Part shown: positions 8,921 through 19,066 of the stretch, in pieces
Numbering within the stretch: position 1 is the stretch's first letter
Layout of the letters: each line of letters starts with the position of its first letter
Virus record (IMG/VR): IMGVR_UViG_3300027733_000048
Source: an uncultured virus (IMG/VR IMGVR_UViG_3300027733_000048)
Lineage: Duplodnaviria > Heunggongvirae > Uroviricota > Caudoviricetes
Length of the DNA: 64,000 bases
Strand: one strand, 5' to 3'
The notes under the pieces: model-generated
Database searches by the model: none
What the model was told of the DNA's origin: nothing
The model's input: the letters and a program-made list of their open reading frames with translations, nothing else
Position numbers and translations under genes: made by a program

Positions 8921-9543
8921 TAGTAGTTTCCTGTTTTAGAAGTTGGCAACGTAACTTGTCTAGATCCAATTGGGCTAATTATTCCAAGTGTTTTATCAAC
9001 TTTTGCAGCTGTTGTTTTTTCAACAGGTGCTTTTTTTGCTAACAATTTATCGTTAACACCTTTGTATTGCTCACCTTGATGTTTAACTTTGCTTAATTCT
9101 TTTAATAATGCTAGCTTATGGGTTTCACCTACTAAATTTTGATTATTTTCTTTGTTATAATCTTTACCTAATAATGATTCACCTGTTTTTATATCATGCG
9201 CATGGTTGATATCAGTTTCGGCGTCTTCTCTAAGATTTCGCACCCTTACACAACTTTGCGATACATTCATTGCTTCTGCAGCTAGGTATCTTATTTGAAA
9301 ACTAGTTGCAGGATAAGTTAATGTAACATTATAAGTTGATACGTTAATGTTTTCGTGATCTGGAAAATCAACGTGAGACTCTTGAATAGGTGTGCGGGTG
9401 CCTTCTGAAAAAGATTCAACTGTGAATTTTTCTAATGCACATTTAAGTTTATTAATTTGTTCATCTGCAGGTTCTCCTGCAATTTTAATTTTAAATTCAT
9501 AAACTTGTTTTGATTCTAGTAAATGTTGTGTAAATGATTTCAT
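8920..9543 (-). CDS. Hypothetical virion-module protein
   Basis: 207-aa ORF with AAGGA RBS and late promoter AATAAATA at 9562-9569; MKSFTQHLLES start resembles protease-processed head proteins. Confidence 0.6.
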   Translation of the reverse strand: MKSFTQHLLESKQVYEFKIKIAGEPADEQINKLKCALEKFTVESFSEGTRTPIQESHVDFPDHENINVSTYNVTLTYPATSFQIRYLAAEAMNVSQSCVRVRNLREDAETDINHAHDIKTGESLLGKDYNKENNQNLVGETHKLALLKELSKVKHQGEQYKGVNDKLLAKKAPVEKTTAAKVDKTLGIISPIGSRQVTLPTSKTGNY

Positions 9544-9564
9544 AATATATCCTTGATACTATAT

Positions 9565-10041
9565 TTATTTCATATTCTTTAATTTTTCGATAAGACTATT
9601 CCTATCTGTAACAATATAGCCGTCACCTTGAATGTTAACGCCAGTATCTTCAGGATGTGTATCACTGTCTAACTTTTGTTTTTTAAGTTGAAGATCAATC
9701 ATTTTAAGTTTTTTATCTATTTTAGCAGATTTTGCATCAATTGCATTTTTAAGCATACTTGCTGCTACTTCAAATACGCGGCCGCTATACCGTGCTTCAA
9801 CATTCATTCCTAAATCCATTAAGTCGTCATATGCATCAGTTGCACGCTGTGCTAGCGCATCAAACTCAGAATCACTAATATCGCCTAGGCCTTTTACTTG
9901 AGGTAATGCCGCAGATATTTTGTCAAATTCATCCATATTTCTAAATAGAGGAACAGTAGCAGGTGGTGGGGCAGGTGTATCGTCTTTTATAATTGTTTTA
10001 CTTTCTGGTAAGTTTAGGAGCTCTTCCAATTTGCGGGTCAT
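9565..10041 (-). CDS. Probable terminase small subunit (gp16-like)
   Basis: Helical RVFEVAASMLKNAIDAKSAKIDKKLKMIDLQ and C-terminal IVTDRNSLIEKL resemble the gp16 layout; close to terL. Confidence 0.55.
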   Translation of the reverse strand: MTRKLEELLNLPESKTIIKDDTPAPPPATVPLFRNMDEFDKISAALPQVKGLGDISDSEFDALAQRATDAYDDLMDLGMNVEARYSGRVFEVAASMLKNAIDAKSAKIDKKLKMIDLQLKKQKLDSDTHPEDTGVNIQGDGYIVTDRNSLIEKLKNMK

Positions 10042-10072
10042 GAATTATCCTCATATAGTATAACTATTTAAG

Positions 10073-10513
10073 TTATTTAGAACCGTTATGAAAAATATCA
10101 TTTTCATTTATGACTCTAAATACTAACCCATTCTGTTTACAGTAGGACATTGCTGCTGCCCATTTAGCTTGATTTTTAATATACTGTGCTTGGTTGTATT
10201 TGTTTTTACCAACACGTTCTAATATGTGTTGACTTGCGGGTTTTATTTCAATTACTTCGTTGTGGATAATATGATTTTTATCTATGTATTGTATAAAAAA
10301 ATCTGGAAGATAAATTGTATTACGATTAGTTAATGGATCTCTATATGGTATAGTTATTGCTTCGCTAGCCCACTTTTGTATAGCAGGATTTGTATCACAC
10401 ATATTCATAAAACTCATTTCCCACGAACTTCTATAATACGGAATTTTTGTTCCTACATACTTTCCCGGGTTTTTAGGTGTGTATTTACCTTTAGCAAATT
10501 TACGACTACTCAT
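10073..10513 (-). CDS. gp4: Head completion nuclease (T4 gp4 / TnsA-like)
   Basis: GKYTPKNPGKYVG...YRSSWE...WASE...IPY...YLPDF...IEIKP...NQAKW. Confidence 0.9.
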   Translation of the reverse strand: MSSRKFAKGKYTPKNPGKYVGTKIPYYRSSWEMSFMNMCDTNPAIQKWASEAITIPYRDPLTNRNTIYLPDFFIQYIDKNHIIHNEVIEIKPASQHILERVGKNKYNQAQYIKNQAKWAAAMSYCKQNGLVFRVINENDIFHNGSK

Positions 10514-10878
10514 ACTAAAATATTTCTCGTTTCGTATGAGTTATCACTAATGCTAGTGCGATAACCAACTAAACTTGTTTTTTCTCGATATGAATTTAAA
10601 ATTTGAGCAACAACTGATGACAGTTGCATAGTTGGTATAGATTTAAGAGTTTCTAATAACGTAAACACATTTACGTCATCGGACCTAGCTTGATTTAATA
10701 ATACAATTGCAATAGTCCTAGCACTTGTAGTATCAAATTCACGACGTTGAAAAAATCCAATTACTGCGTCAATTTCAGCAGCAGGAAAGCATACCTCAGT
10801 GGTATAAAATTTATTAAAAAATTGTTTAATTTCAGCTTCGCTAGCTGCTTGTGCTGAGGTTGGTAAATTAGTAATCAT
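10510..10878 (-). CDS. Hypothetical protein
   Basis: 122-aa ORF coupled to its neighbours in the late operon. Confidence 0.6.
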   Translation of the reverse strand: MITNLPTSAQAASEAEIKQFFNKFYTTEVCFPAAEIDAVIGFFQRREFDTTSARTIAIVLLNQARSDDVNVFTLLETLKSIPTMQLSSVVAQILNSYREKTSLVGYRTSISDNSYETRNILV

Positions 10879-10880
10879 TG

Positions 10881-11936
10881 TTATTGTCCTGCTGTATATT
10901 CTGGAGCAATAGTGTTAGTTGTTGTTCTTGGTACTATCGTATTTAACAAATTAACTTGTGCTGCTTGAGTTCTAGATAAAGTTGACGATTGCGGAAGAGA
11001 CACGCCTTGTAAGCTACCGGTTGTAAGCCCAGATGCTGCGTTATTAAATGCAGCACTTTTGCTAGCAGCTGCAGATTTTTGAGCAGCTGTAGTATTATTA
11101 GCGTTAGTTGCTGACGTAGTGTCAGATGAGCCAAACCCGCTTGTTCTAGCAAATGACGGTGATGTTGATGTATTGATATTAACTGATTGATCAGTGGTTA
11201 ATGGTGACGGAGTCCAATCGTAATGTGACGATCCAAACCCTTCCATTCTTCCAGAATCTACATACCCAGTGTCGTATGAAACTGCTTCATACGCAAGTTT
11301 CATTTCAAAGCCGTGCGATGAAGAAGTTTCTGAATATGCAACCTTTCCGCCAGACCATGATGTAATAATCGGGTTAACTAATGTATAACTAACATATTCA
11401 TGTCTAGCCATTTGATAAATTGTAATGTAATTGAAGAACGGTGCAACACGGCCATTGTATCCGTATGGGTTTTTAATATACGACGACGGTTTAGTTGCAG
11501 TTTTATTATACGCACCTTTTGCAGTTGCAACAGTTGGGTCGGCATAATGATATTTGTAGTATGCTTGCCACAACTGATTTATTAATCCCATGTTATCATC
11601 ATGAAATGAAATTGATGATTCTCCATACTTGTGCTGATACTGAACTACTTTCTTTCTATTGTATTGATTTAATGTTTCGTGTGTAACCGTATATGCAGGT
11701 AAATCAACTGACTTAACTAATAAGTTAATCTCATCTTTAAGAGTTTCTAATAAACTAAAATTAATATTTTTACCCTTAAATGCCGGCCAGTTGATATTAA
11801 ATGCAACATGGAATAAGAACTTGTTTTTTGGAAGTAATCTAAAACTGTCGTCAACAAAAGTCCGAGCAGCGTGTTGCTGACATCTTATTTGCTGGAATGG
11901 GTCTGTTTTTAAAAGGTTATTATCTGCGTATGCCAT
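10881..11936 (-). CDS. Tail-tube-fold protein (gp19/gp48/gp54-like) with a Ser/Thr/Ala-rich tail
   Basis: LLVKSVDLPAYTV...ISFHDD...YTLVNPIITSW...FEMKLAYE; adjacent to the tail tube gene. Confidence 0.7.
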   Translation of the reverse strand: MAYADNNLLKTDPFQQIRCQQHAARTFVDDSFRLLPKNKFLFHVAFNINWPAFKGKNINFSLLETLKDEINLLVKSVDLPAYTVTHETLNQYNRKKVVQYQHKYGESSISFHDDNMGLINQLWQAYYKYHYADPTVATAKGAYNKTATKPSSYIKNPYGYNGRVAPFFNYITIYQMARHEYVSYTLVNPIITSWSGGKVAYSETSSSHGFEMKLAYEAVSYDTGYVDSGRMEGFGSSHYDWTPSPLTTDQSVNINTSTSPSFARTSGFGSSDTTSATNANNTTAAQKSAAASKSAAFNNAASGLTTGSLQGVSLPQSSTLSRTQAAQVNLLNTIVPRTTTNTIAPEYTAGQ

Positions 11937-11984
11937 ACATATATTTATCTATTTCATAAAGTGCATAGTTTATATTTTAGTCAT

Positions 11985-12008
11985 AAAAAAGCCCGTGTAA
12001 AACGGGCT
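11985..12008 (-). terminator. Intrinsic terminator after the tail tube gene
   Basis: GCCCGT...ACGGGC stem followed by T6 on the minus strand. Confidence 0.8.
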
Positions 12009-12025
12009 CTTTATGTAACAGCAAA

Positions 12026-12661
12026 TTAGCCGCCGGTACCGGTTCCGCCCACAGCACTTGTGCCAGGGTTTCTAGCAGTATCAGTTGCGCCAATGCCGCC
12101 GCCAACAATTTGAACACAGTTATCAGGTTGAATTGTTAAATCAATTGTCATACCTGTACCTGCGTCAGCATACGCTAACGCACCAAATGTAGTTACAGTA
12201 ATATAACAACCGTAACATTCCCATGTTTCTAATACGTTTGCTTCTGAGAAGTTACCAGCGTTACCACCATCTAGCATTTGAATTGTCATTTTGAATTTGT
12301 AATCACCTGCAGCTGCAGCTGAACTTTGTTCAAAAAAGTCAAATTGTTTTTGGTTTTGTTCGCCAACAATCTTGTTAACTACGCCAGTTGAATCGTCACG
12401 TAATTTAATAGCAATTGTTCCCCAGTTTGGTTTACCTGCATAATGGATGATACTGTTGTATACATCAATTTTTTGATCAGGAAACGTAGCAGTTGGTCTA
12501 GCTGCCTCGACTATTTGTTTTGTTAACTCAGTTGTATCAGCTGACACACCTAAGCCATCAAATGTTACTTTAAATCGATATTTTAATTTAGGCATTAACA
12601 TGCCTGTGTTATCACCCCCGTTTATAGGGACTGAAAAGTTTGATAATGATGCAATTGACAT
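12026..12661 (-). CDS. gp19: Tail tube protein
   Basis: PKLKYRFKVTF...ARPTATF...YAGKPNWGTIAIKLRDD...LETWECYGCY; directly downstream of the sheath gene. Confidence 0.85.
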   Translation of the reverse strand: MSIASLSNFSVPINGGDNTGMLMPKLKYRFKVTFDGLGVSADTTELTKQIVEAARPTATFPDQKIDVYNSIIHYAGKPNWGTIAIKLRDDSTGVVNKIVGEQNQKQFDFFEQSSAAAAGDYKFKMTIQMLDGGNAGNFSEANVLETWECYGCYITVTTFGALAYADAGTGMTIDLTIQPDNCVQIVGGGIGATDTARNPGTSAVGGTGTGG

Positions 12662-12673
12662 ATTTCTCTCTCC

Positions 12674-15600
12674 TTATCCTAGACCTTTAATTTCGCCAGT
12701 ATTTTTCAAACGCAATGGAATGTAAATAAATTCTACTGCTTTTGTTGGTTCGATTGCAACATCAAGCCATAGTTCGCTACGATCAATTCTATCCGGTGTA
12801 TTGTTAGAACTATCACACACTACAATGTAATCGTAAATTGCACGTTGGCCCATTAATTCAATTAACATAGATTCTGCAGCATTTTTAATTTGTTTACGAG
12901 TAGCATCATCATTTGGTTCAAATAAATAAGGTCTAGCTAATAATGCAAATTTTCTACGCAAATGCACTACTAAACGTGCAACATTAATGCGGTCTAATGC
13001 ACTTGCTGTTGAAGAACGAGTGTATTGACCCATATTAACTACTCCGGCACCTGCAATAGATGTAAGCGCGTTAACTTTAATACTAGCTAATGTATCACGT
13101 TGTCCGCCGTTTAACGCAACTGCTTGGAATTCACCCTCGCCGTCTACATATCCAACCGATGTTGCATTGTTAATAACGCCTCTAGATGTTCCAGCTGGAG
13201 CAAACCACGGATAACTAATATTGTCACTTAATGCAATAGTACGTAACATCATAAAACTTGGAGGGACAACAATGTTGTTTCCAATATTGTCACTTGAATA
13301 ACCCCATGGGTAAAAGAACGCCATGTACGGATCAGCTGATACTAAACCTTGATCATTATCTTCAACTGCAACACTTGTGTTGTTACCCCAGTTACTTAAA
13401 GAAGTAGCATCAGACGGTAAACGAGCAGGTGTATCAGCAATTACAAACGCAGTAATACCACGATCATAATTTAAGATTTTTAATTCGCCAACTAACTCTG
13501 GATATCCAGGTGCTGCAAGTAAATTAAGAACTCTTTCTTCTTCACGAACTTGTTGGTTTGCATTAACTAACGCTTGTAATGATTGAACTACAACTTTACG
13601 TTGTGCAACACGACCAAATGCGCCTGATCCATCTTCATTGTTAGCTGCTTCAGAAACCCAACGATCTGTATAATACAGTGACATAGTTTCGTTGTTATAT
13701 CTAGTATTACGTGTTAATTTGTTAACATAGTTTGTGTGGAATCTTTTAACATTAAATCCACTTCTACGTAAATTCCATAACAACATACCTTTTGGATATA
13801 ATGCAGGATTTGGTGCATCAAAGTCTAAGAAATTAGCTGCGTTTCTTTCTTCTAATGGTAAATTAAGTCCGCCTAACAACGCAGTAAGTGTTGCAGGGTC
13901 GCTTAACGTACCAGAGGTGCTCCATCTTGCATCAGCAAATAAAATACCATCTTCGGTAGATTGATCAGTTTTATTAACTAACTCCCAAGATTTTAAAAAG
14001 TTGTTAAATTTGTAAATTGTTGGATAATTGTCAGTATCTGACGAATCAATCCACAAATCGCCATTGACTAATTCACTTCCATCTTTTTGGTAAAGAGGAC
14101 GAGTTGGACTTACATTTGGGCCAGCTGCATCAGTTAAACCTAAACCGTCACCGTGATCAAAATTGCGATGTGCTACCCAAGTAGTTCCATTATGAACTAA
14201 GATATCAACTTCTTCAATTTTTGAATCATACCAAAGTTGGCCATCAACTGGACCAGCGGTTGGTTGTGAACCTTTTGGAGTAATAAATGATGATAATTTA
14301 TCAGCTGCAAATTTTGTCCACAAACTAGCAATGTAATAGGCTCCATTTGAGTGTTGATAAAAGTTTGCTGTTTTTGTTGTAGAGAACAACAAGGTGATTG
14401 GATTATTATCACCGTTAGCAAATTCAATATCTCCACCTGTTGCATGTATGATAGCAATTTTTGAAGTGCCTACATGAACTGCAGAAACGTTTGATGTAGT
14501 TGTCGTAGTGTTAATTGCAGTTAAAATTATATCAATAATTTGAGCTGTTGCACTATCGGCAGCAATATGGAATGATACTACTCTACTTTGTAATGCTGAC
14601 GATCCAACTACGCTTTCATACATAGTAAATTCATAATCACCTGCAGCACCACTACCACCTGGAAAATTAGCAACACTAATTTCTTCAGATTCAATTCTAG
14701 TAGCACCTACACCAACACGACGATATGCTGTATAAGTTGCAAGACTATTAGGAGTAGCTTGGGTTTCGTTAGTTTTAACAAAGATCGTGTTACCTGCAAT
14801 ACGCAATCCGCCACCTGTTGAATCTAACCCTGCTAGTGCAGCAGCACCTGTTGGATAAACAGAAACTGTTGAAGGAACCCAAGATTTTGATGCTGATTTA
14901 TAAGTGCTAATGATAAAATCAGCACCATTATTCATAGCAGTTGTTTTAATCCAAATAGAGCCAGATGGTCTGTTATTTACAGTAGCTATATTATCTTTTC
15001 TTTTAAACAACGGAACAGATGTATGAGCAGAAATTTGTAAAGCAGGTGCTAAATATGGGTAATCTCTACTAACGCCTAACTTAGATGCAGTAATATATGC
15101 AGTACCAGACAACGAAACCGGCTCGCCTGTTGAATAAATTTCAATTTTATTATTAATCAATGCAGCAGTAATACCTAAATCTGCAAGATCAAGATTAGCA
15201 TTAATTGCAGAAACTAACCCTAAAAATGTTGTAATTTCACTACCTAATGTATCAAGTGCAATTTCAATGTTATTGATAAAAAACCCATCTATTGCAGCGT
15301 CTAACGCAACTGCAGACCCTGTTCCAGCAATAGTCGGGCGACTTGCTTTCCACTCTTCTGATCCAACTTCTACCCATGTACTAGCAGTATGTGTTAGGAA
15401 TTTTTTGTACCATAATTTAATAAGACTTGATACTGCAACAACTGCGTATGATCCAGTTAATCCAATGCTTGATTTAGGAGCTACTTTTCCGCTTAATAAT
15501 GTTTCAACTTGGGTTGAATCAGTAATTACTAACGGTACTACATTTTTAAATGTTTGACCATCAATAACTGTTGCATCGTAACCATTCCATTCAAACACAC

Positions 15601-16036
15601 CCCAGCGGGTTGCAGCAGTATCTAACCAAACCGCACCGTCAACCGGATTGCTAGTTGGCATTACTGCAGATGCATTAAGTTGAGATAAATCAACACTTGC
15701 ACGAGCAACATACGCACGGTTACTTACACCTAAGAAACTATATGCAGCTTGCAAACCGTATTCGTTTTGCTCGCCAGCATGAATTGGATTGTTGTTAGTA
15801 TCGGTTTTAAAAATTGGAGTGCCGAATGTGTCCACTAAATCTTTTTGACTTGTAAGTAAATATACTTTACCGTCGTTTTTTGCTAAAGTGCCTGGAGCAA
15901 AGCCTGTTCCAGACCCTGTTAATTTATTTGAAGCCGAAGCGACAAAAATTAAAGGTATTGTACCGGCGTTGGATACTGTGTAAAAACTTTCATCAATAAC
16001 AGATACGCTAACGCCTGGTGAACTAAGTTGAGCCAT
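12674..16036 (-). CDS. gp18: Contractile tail sheath protein, enlarged (~1120 aa)
   Basis: N-terminal LSSPGVSVSVIDES; C-terminal PWFAPAGTSRG, ALDRINVARL, FEPND, AIEPTKAVEFIYI. Start ATG 16036 behind GGAGA. Confidence 0.95.
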   Translation of the reverse strand: MAQLSSPGVSVSVIDESFYTVSNAGTIPLIFVASASNKLTGSGTGFAPGTLAKNDGKVYLLTSQKDLVDTFGTPIFKTDTNNNPIHAGEQNEYGLQAAYSFLGVSNRAYVARASVDLSQLNASAVMPTSNPVDGAVWLDTAATRWGVFEWNGYDATVIDGQTFKNVVPLVITDSTQVETLLSGKVAPKSSIGLTGSYAVVAVSSLIKLWYKKFLTHTASTWVEVGSEEWKASRPTIAGTGSAVALDAAIDGFFINNIEIALDTLGSEITTFLGLVSAINANLDLADLGITAALINNKIEIYSTGEPVSLSGTAYITASKLGVSRDYPYLAPALQISAHTSVPLFKRKDNIATVNNRPSGSIWIKTTAMNNGADFIISTYKSASKSWVPSTVSVYPTGAAALAGLDSTGGGLRIAGNTIFVKTNETQATPNSLATYTAYRRVGVGATRIESEEISVANFPGGSGAAGDYEFTMYESVVGSSALQSRVVSFHIAADSATAQIIDIILTAINTTTTTSNVSAVHVGTSKIAIIHATGGDIEFANGDNNPITLLFSTTKTANFYQHSNGAYYIASLWTKFAADKLSSFITPKGSQPTAGPVDGQLWYDSKIEEVDILVHNGTTWVAHRNFDHGDGLGLTDAAGPNVSPTRPLYQKDGSELVNGDLWIDSSDTDNYPTIYKFNNFLKSWELVNKTDQSTEDGILFADARWSTSGTLSDPATLTALLGGLNLPLEERNAANFLDFDAPNPALYPKGMLLWNLRRSGFNVKRFHTNYVNKLTRNTRYNNETMSLYYTDRWVSEAANNEDGSGAFGRVAQRKVVVQSLQALVNANQQVREEERVLNLLAAPGYPELVGELKILNYDRGITAFVIADTPARLPSDATSLSNWGNNTSVAVEDNDQGLVSADPYMAFFYPWGYSSDNIGNNIVVPPSFMMLRTIALSDNISYPWFAPAGTSRGVINNATSVGYVDGEGEFQAVALNGGQRDTLASIKVNALTSIAGAGVVNMGQYTRSSTASALDRINVARLVVHLRRKFALLARPYLFEPNDDATRKQIKNAAESMLIELMGQRAIYDYIVVCDSSNNTPDRIDRSELWLDVAIEPTKAVEFIYIPLRLKNTGEIKGLG

Positions 16037-16068
16037 AATTATAATCTCCATATATACAAGTTCTAACT

Positions 16069-16076
16069 GTATTTAT
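16069..16076 (-). promoter_or_regulatory. T4-type late promoter for the sheath-tube operon
   Basis: TATAAATA on the minus strand about 33 nt upstream of the sheath start. Confidence 0.75.
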
Positions 16077-16098
16077 AGGAAATTGTAATTTTATGGCG

Positions 16099-16716
16099 TT
16101 ATATCTTAACTATTTTAGTTACTTTTGCGTACAACTCGTCTAATGTGCCGGTATTATCAATTATATGATCTACTTCTAAACCATACCATGCCCATTCACT
16201 TTCGTGGATTCCAAACTCTTTTAACATTAAAATATCTTCTATGTTACCGGCTGATGCACCCTTAGCATGTAAATGCCATTCCGGATCTAGACTTCTTTTT
16301 ACTCGAACAATAATACCACCTAAGTTCTTAATAGTATCAAACTCGTTAGGAAATCTACAATCGCTTATAACTACATCAGTACCTACATTACGTAATTTGT
16401 TTTCTAAACTAGCAACCCAAATATCGTCATGAAAGCCACGTCTACATACTTCAGTACCCCACAGCTGTAAAATTAATCTAGGAGTTAATCCAACCATACC
16501 TAATCTATCTTCCCACCATGTGTCAACTTGTTCACGCCATTCTCGAGACTCTTTAGTTCTACCTTCAAGTAATTCTCTGTCCCAACCAAACACTGCAGAC
16601 ACTGCATCTTTTAAAGTACCTGCAAAACTTTCACGTTTAAAGTTATAGTTACTTACTAAGTAATCAGCAATAGTGTCTTTGCCTTCACCTATGTTTCCTA
16701 CGATTCCAATTATCAT
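16099..16716 (-). CDS. Deoxynucleoside monophosphate kinase (T4 gp1-like)
   Basis: IIGIVGNIGEGKDT, SFAGTLKD, TPRLILQLWGTE, VISDCRFPNE, HESE. Confidence 0.92.
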   Translation of the reverse strand: MIIGIVGNIGEGKDTIADYLVSNYNFKRESFAGTLKDAVSAVFGWDRELLEGRTKESREWREQVDTWWEDRLGMVGLTPRLILQLWGTEVCRRGFHDDIWVASLENKLRNVGTDVVISDCRFPNEFDTIKNLGGIIVRVKRSLDPEWHLHAKGASAGNIEDILMLKEFGIHESEWAWYGLEVDHIIDNTGTLDELYAKVTKIVKI

Positions 16717-16735
16717 TTTATTCTCCTAAAAACGC

Positions 16736-16764
16736 ATTATACGCTCATCTTAGGAAAATGTCAA
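16736..16764 (-). promoter_or_regulatory. Perfect sigma70 consensus (early) promoter for the dNMP kinase
   Basis: Minus strand TTGACA-ttttcctaagatgagcg(17)-TATAAT. Confidence 0.85.
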
Positions 16765-16765
16765 G

Positions 16766-17536
16766 TTAACCAATTATAAAATGATAGCCTTGACCGCCAG
16801 ATATTTGTGTTTCAAGTTCTTTATCAAGTGCAACAAGTTCTTCTTTACCTGCAGATTTCATATCATTACCGTTTAGTGTAATTCCGCCGCCCGGTCCTGC
16901 AATAGTTGAAAATAAACTACGTGCTTCTCCTAACATAATTTTACAAGTTGCAAGTGTATAGTCACGCAACCATTGTTTAGCATAGATGTCAGTTAATAAT
17001 ACAAAGTCAGGTCGATAATTATGTGACTTAATTAAAATCTGTTCACCTTGTGCAAATGGACGTTGTAAGATTGTCAACACATGACTAGTAGGTTTCCATT
17101 TAAACTCAATATAACTACCAAACATTTTACCAACTAGTTTTTGGTAACCTGCAAACAATTCATAAGTTGCAAGTCCGCCCATCATACTACCACTCATCAT
17201 GTATGTATTAGTATACGCCAAATTAAATGGTTCAAACAATGTTCCACCTGCACCCATACCGGAACGTGAACCAATAGCACGTCTAAATACACTCTGTACT
17301 TCTATAATTTCGTCAGGTAATCTGTAATCGTTTTGATCTTGTACTAGTTCTAAAAAGCTATAACTTTCTTCTACTGCATTTGGACTGCGTTGTCTAAAGC
17401 GAGTTAACGCTCTATCTAATGCAGTTTCGTAATGAATTGGGTCGAGGTCCAAATCAATCATTCCCGCACCTAACATAGTGCTTACATATTCAAATACTTT
17501 ATTTCTTTCTATCAATGATGTGGTTTCGTCAGACAT
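16766..17536 (-). CDS. gp13: Neck protein (gp13-like)
   Basis: LGAGMIDLDLD...WLRDYTLATCKIMLGEARSLFSTIAGPGGGITLNG. Confidence 0.85.
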   Translation of the reverse strand: MSDETTSLIERNKVFEYVSTMLGAGMIDLDLDPIHYETALDRALTRFRQRSPNAVEESYSFLELVQDQNDYRLPDEIIEVQSVFRRAIGSRSGMGAGGTLFEPFNLAYTNTYMMSGSMMGGLATYELFAGYQKLVGKMFGSYIEFKWKPTSHVLTILQRPFAQGEQILIKSHNYRPDFVLLTDIYAKQWLRDYTLATCKIMLGEARSLFSTIAGPGGGITLNGNDMKSAGKEELVALDKELETQISGGQGYHFIIG

Positions 17537-17551
17537 AATAGTTCTCCTACT

Positions 17552-17573
17552 ATATTTATCTTACGATAAATAT
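17552..17573. promoter_or_regulatory. Back-to-back divergent late promoters forming a perfect inverted repeat
   Basis: atatttatc-ttac-gataaatat between divergent gp13 and gp14. Confidence 0.75.
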
Positions 17574-17596
17574 GATAACACTCAAGGAGAAGTAAT

Positions 17597-19030
17597 ATGC
17601 CGAGGCTTAGTCTTTATAAACCCGAGAAAGGCAATAACTACAGATTTATCGATCGTCAAATATCATTGATGTTTCAAGTCGGTTGCACAGATTGTCACGT
17701 TCATAAATATTTAGGACCTAAAAATCCGTTAGAAGGAACTGCTGATCAACCAATATATGATGTAATAAAAGAAACAAATATTCAAGATTTATTATTCTTA
17801 GAAAACCGTGATCGCAAGTATGAACAAGAAATTTATCGTATTCGTGGTCATTATCAACTTCAAAATCTTAATTTCAATTTAAGCCAGTTTGGTCTGTTTA
17901 TTGATAACGATACAGTGTTTATGACAGTGCATATTAACGACATTATTACTACAATTGGTCGCAAATTAATTGCAGGTGATGTTATGGAGTTGCCGCATTT
18001 AAAAGATGATTTTGCATTAAACGACTTAGATTTAAGCATGCCTAGATTTTTTGTAGTTGAGGAAGTAGATCGTCCAAGTGAGGGGTACAGTGCTACATGG
18101 TATCCGCATTTGTATAGATTAAAACTGAAAAAACTTACAGATAGTCAGCAATATTCCGATATTCTTGATCAGCCTGCAGGGGAAGATTCAAATTATGCAC
18201 TACGTGAATTGTTAAGCACTCGTACTAAAGAACTTGAAATTAACGATGCAATTATAAAACAAGCAGAACTTGATTCACCAATGAGTGGATTCCAAGTTAG
18301 ACAATATTATACATTAGCAACTGATCCAGTAACCGGTGCCGCGTTGTTAACTACTGTTGATTCTGATGCAATTGATGCTAGTTATAGCAGTCAAACAATT
18401 AACGGATTATCAAATATTAATGTTAGCAGTGTTAACGCAGTACCGTTAAGAACAGGTTATAGCGGATACTTATTTGGTGACGGATATCCACCTAATGGGT
18501 ATGTATTTGGCACTGGAATTGCATTTCCGCAAGCCCCTGCATTAAATGATTATTATTTAAGACTTGACTTTTTACCAAATAGATTGTTTACATTTAACGG
18601 GCAACGATGGCTAAAAGTAGAAGATAACGTGCGTATGACTATGACAAATACTGATACTAGACAAACACTTAAAACTGGATTTATTAATAACTCTAAATTT
18701 ATGTACAACGACGAAGTTGCTGTAGATTATGTAAGACTAGAAGTTGGTGATTATGAATTTAACACTGATATTAACTATTCAATACAAGGTTTATATCTTG
18801 TAATTAAACTATCAGCTACCCGTTTAGAATTTGTAATTGCAGATAATCCAACGTTAATCACGCCTTACATTTCTAATGGCGTTAACAAAATCAAAGTAAC
18901 GTTACCAATAGTAGACGAATCCCAAATTACTATTCCGTACGATGGTGCATGGCGTGTAATGCTGTTTAATAATAGAGAAGCTGAACGTCAAAGTTTATCA
19001 AAGGTACTTAAACCAAAAGCAGATTTGTAA
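17597..19030 (+). CDS. gp14: Neck protein (gp14-like) with a C-terminal extension
   Basis: IQDLLFLENRDRKY...LSQFGLF...GDVMELPH...WYPHLYRLK; between gp13-like and gp15-like genes. Confidence 0.7.
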   Translation: MPRLSLYKPEKGNNYRFIDRQISLMFQVGCTDCHVHKYLGPKNPLEGTADQPIYDVIKETNIQDLLFLENRDRKYEQEIYRIRGHYQLQNLNFNLSQFGLFIDNDTVFMTVHINDIITTIGRKLIAGDVMELPHLKDDFALNDLDLSMPRFFVVEEVDRPSEGYSATWYPHLYRLKLKKLTDSQQYSDILDQPAGEDSNYALRELLSTRTKELEINDAIIKQAELDSPMSGFQVRQYYTLATDPVTGAALLTTVDSDAIDASYSSQTINGLSNINVSSVNAVPLRTGYSGYLFGDGYPPNGYVFGTGIAFPQAPALNDYYLRLDFLPNRLFTFNGQRWLKVEDNVRMTMTNTDTRQTLKTGFINNSKFMYNDEVAVDYVRLEVGDYEFNTDINYSIQGLYLVIKLSATRLEFVIADNPTLITPYISNGVNKIKVTLPIVDESQITIPYDGAWRVMLFNNREAERQSLSKVLKPKADL

Positions 19031-19066
19031 ATTTTTGCTGCAATAAATAACGGAATAGGAGAATGT

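Noticed and set aside
10073..10513. TnsA-like nuclease as a sign of a Tn7-type transposon
   Set aside because: Matches T4 gp4 head completion protein in a virion operon; no other transposition genes or ends are present
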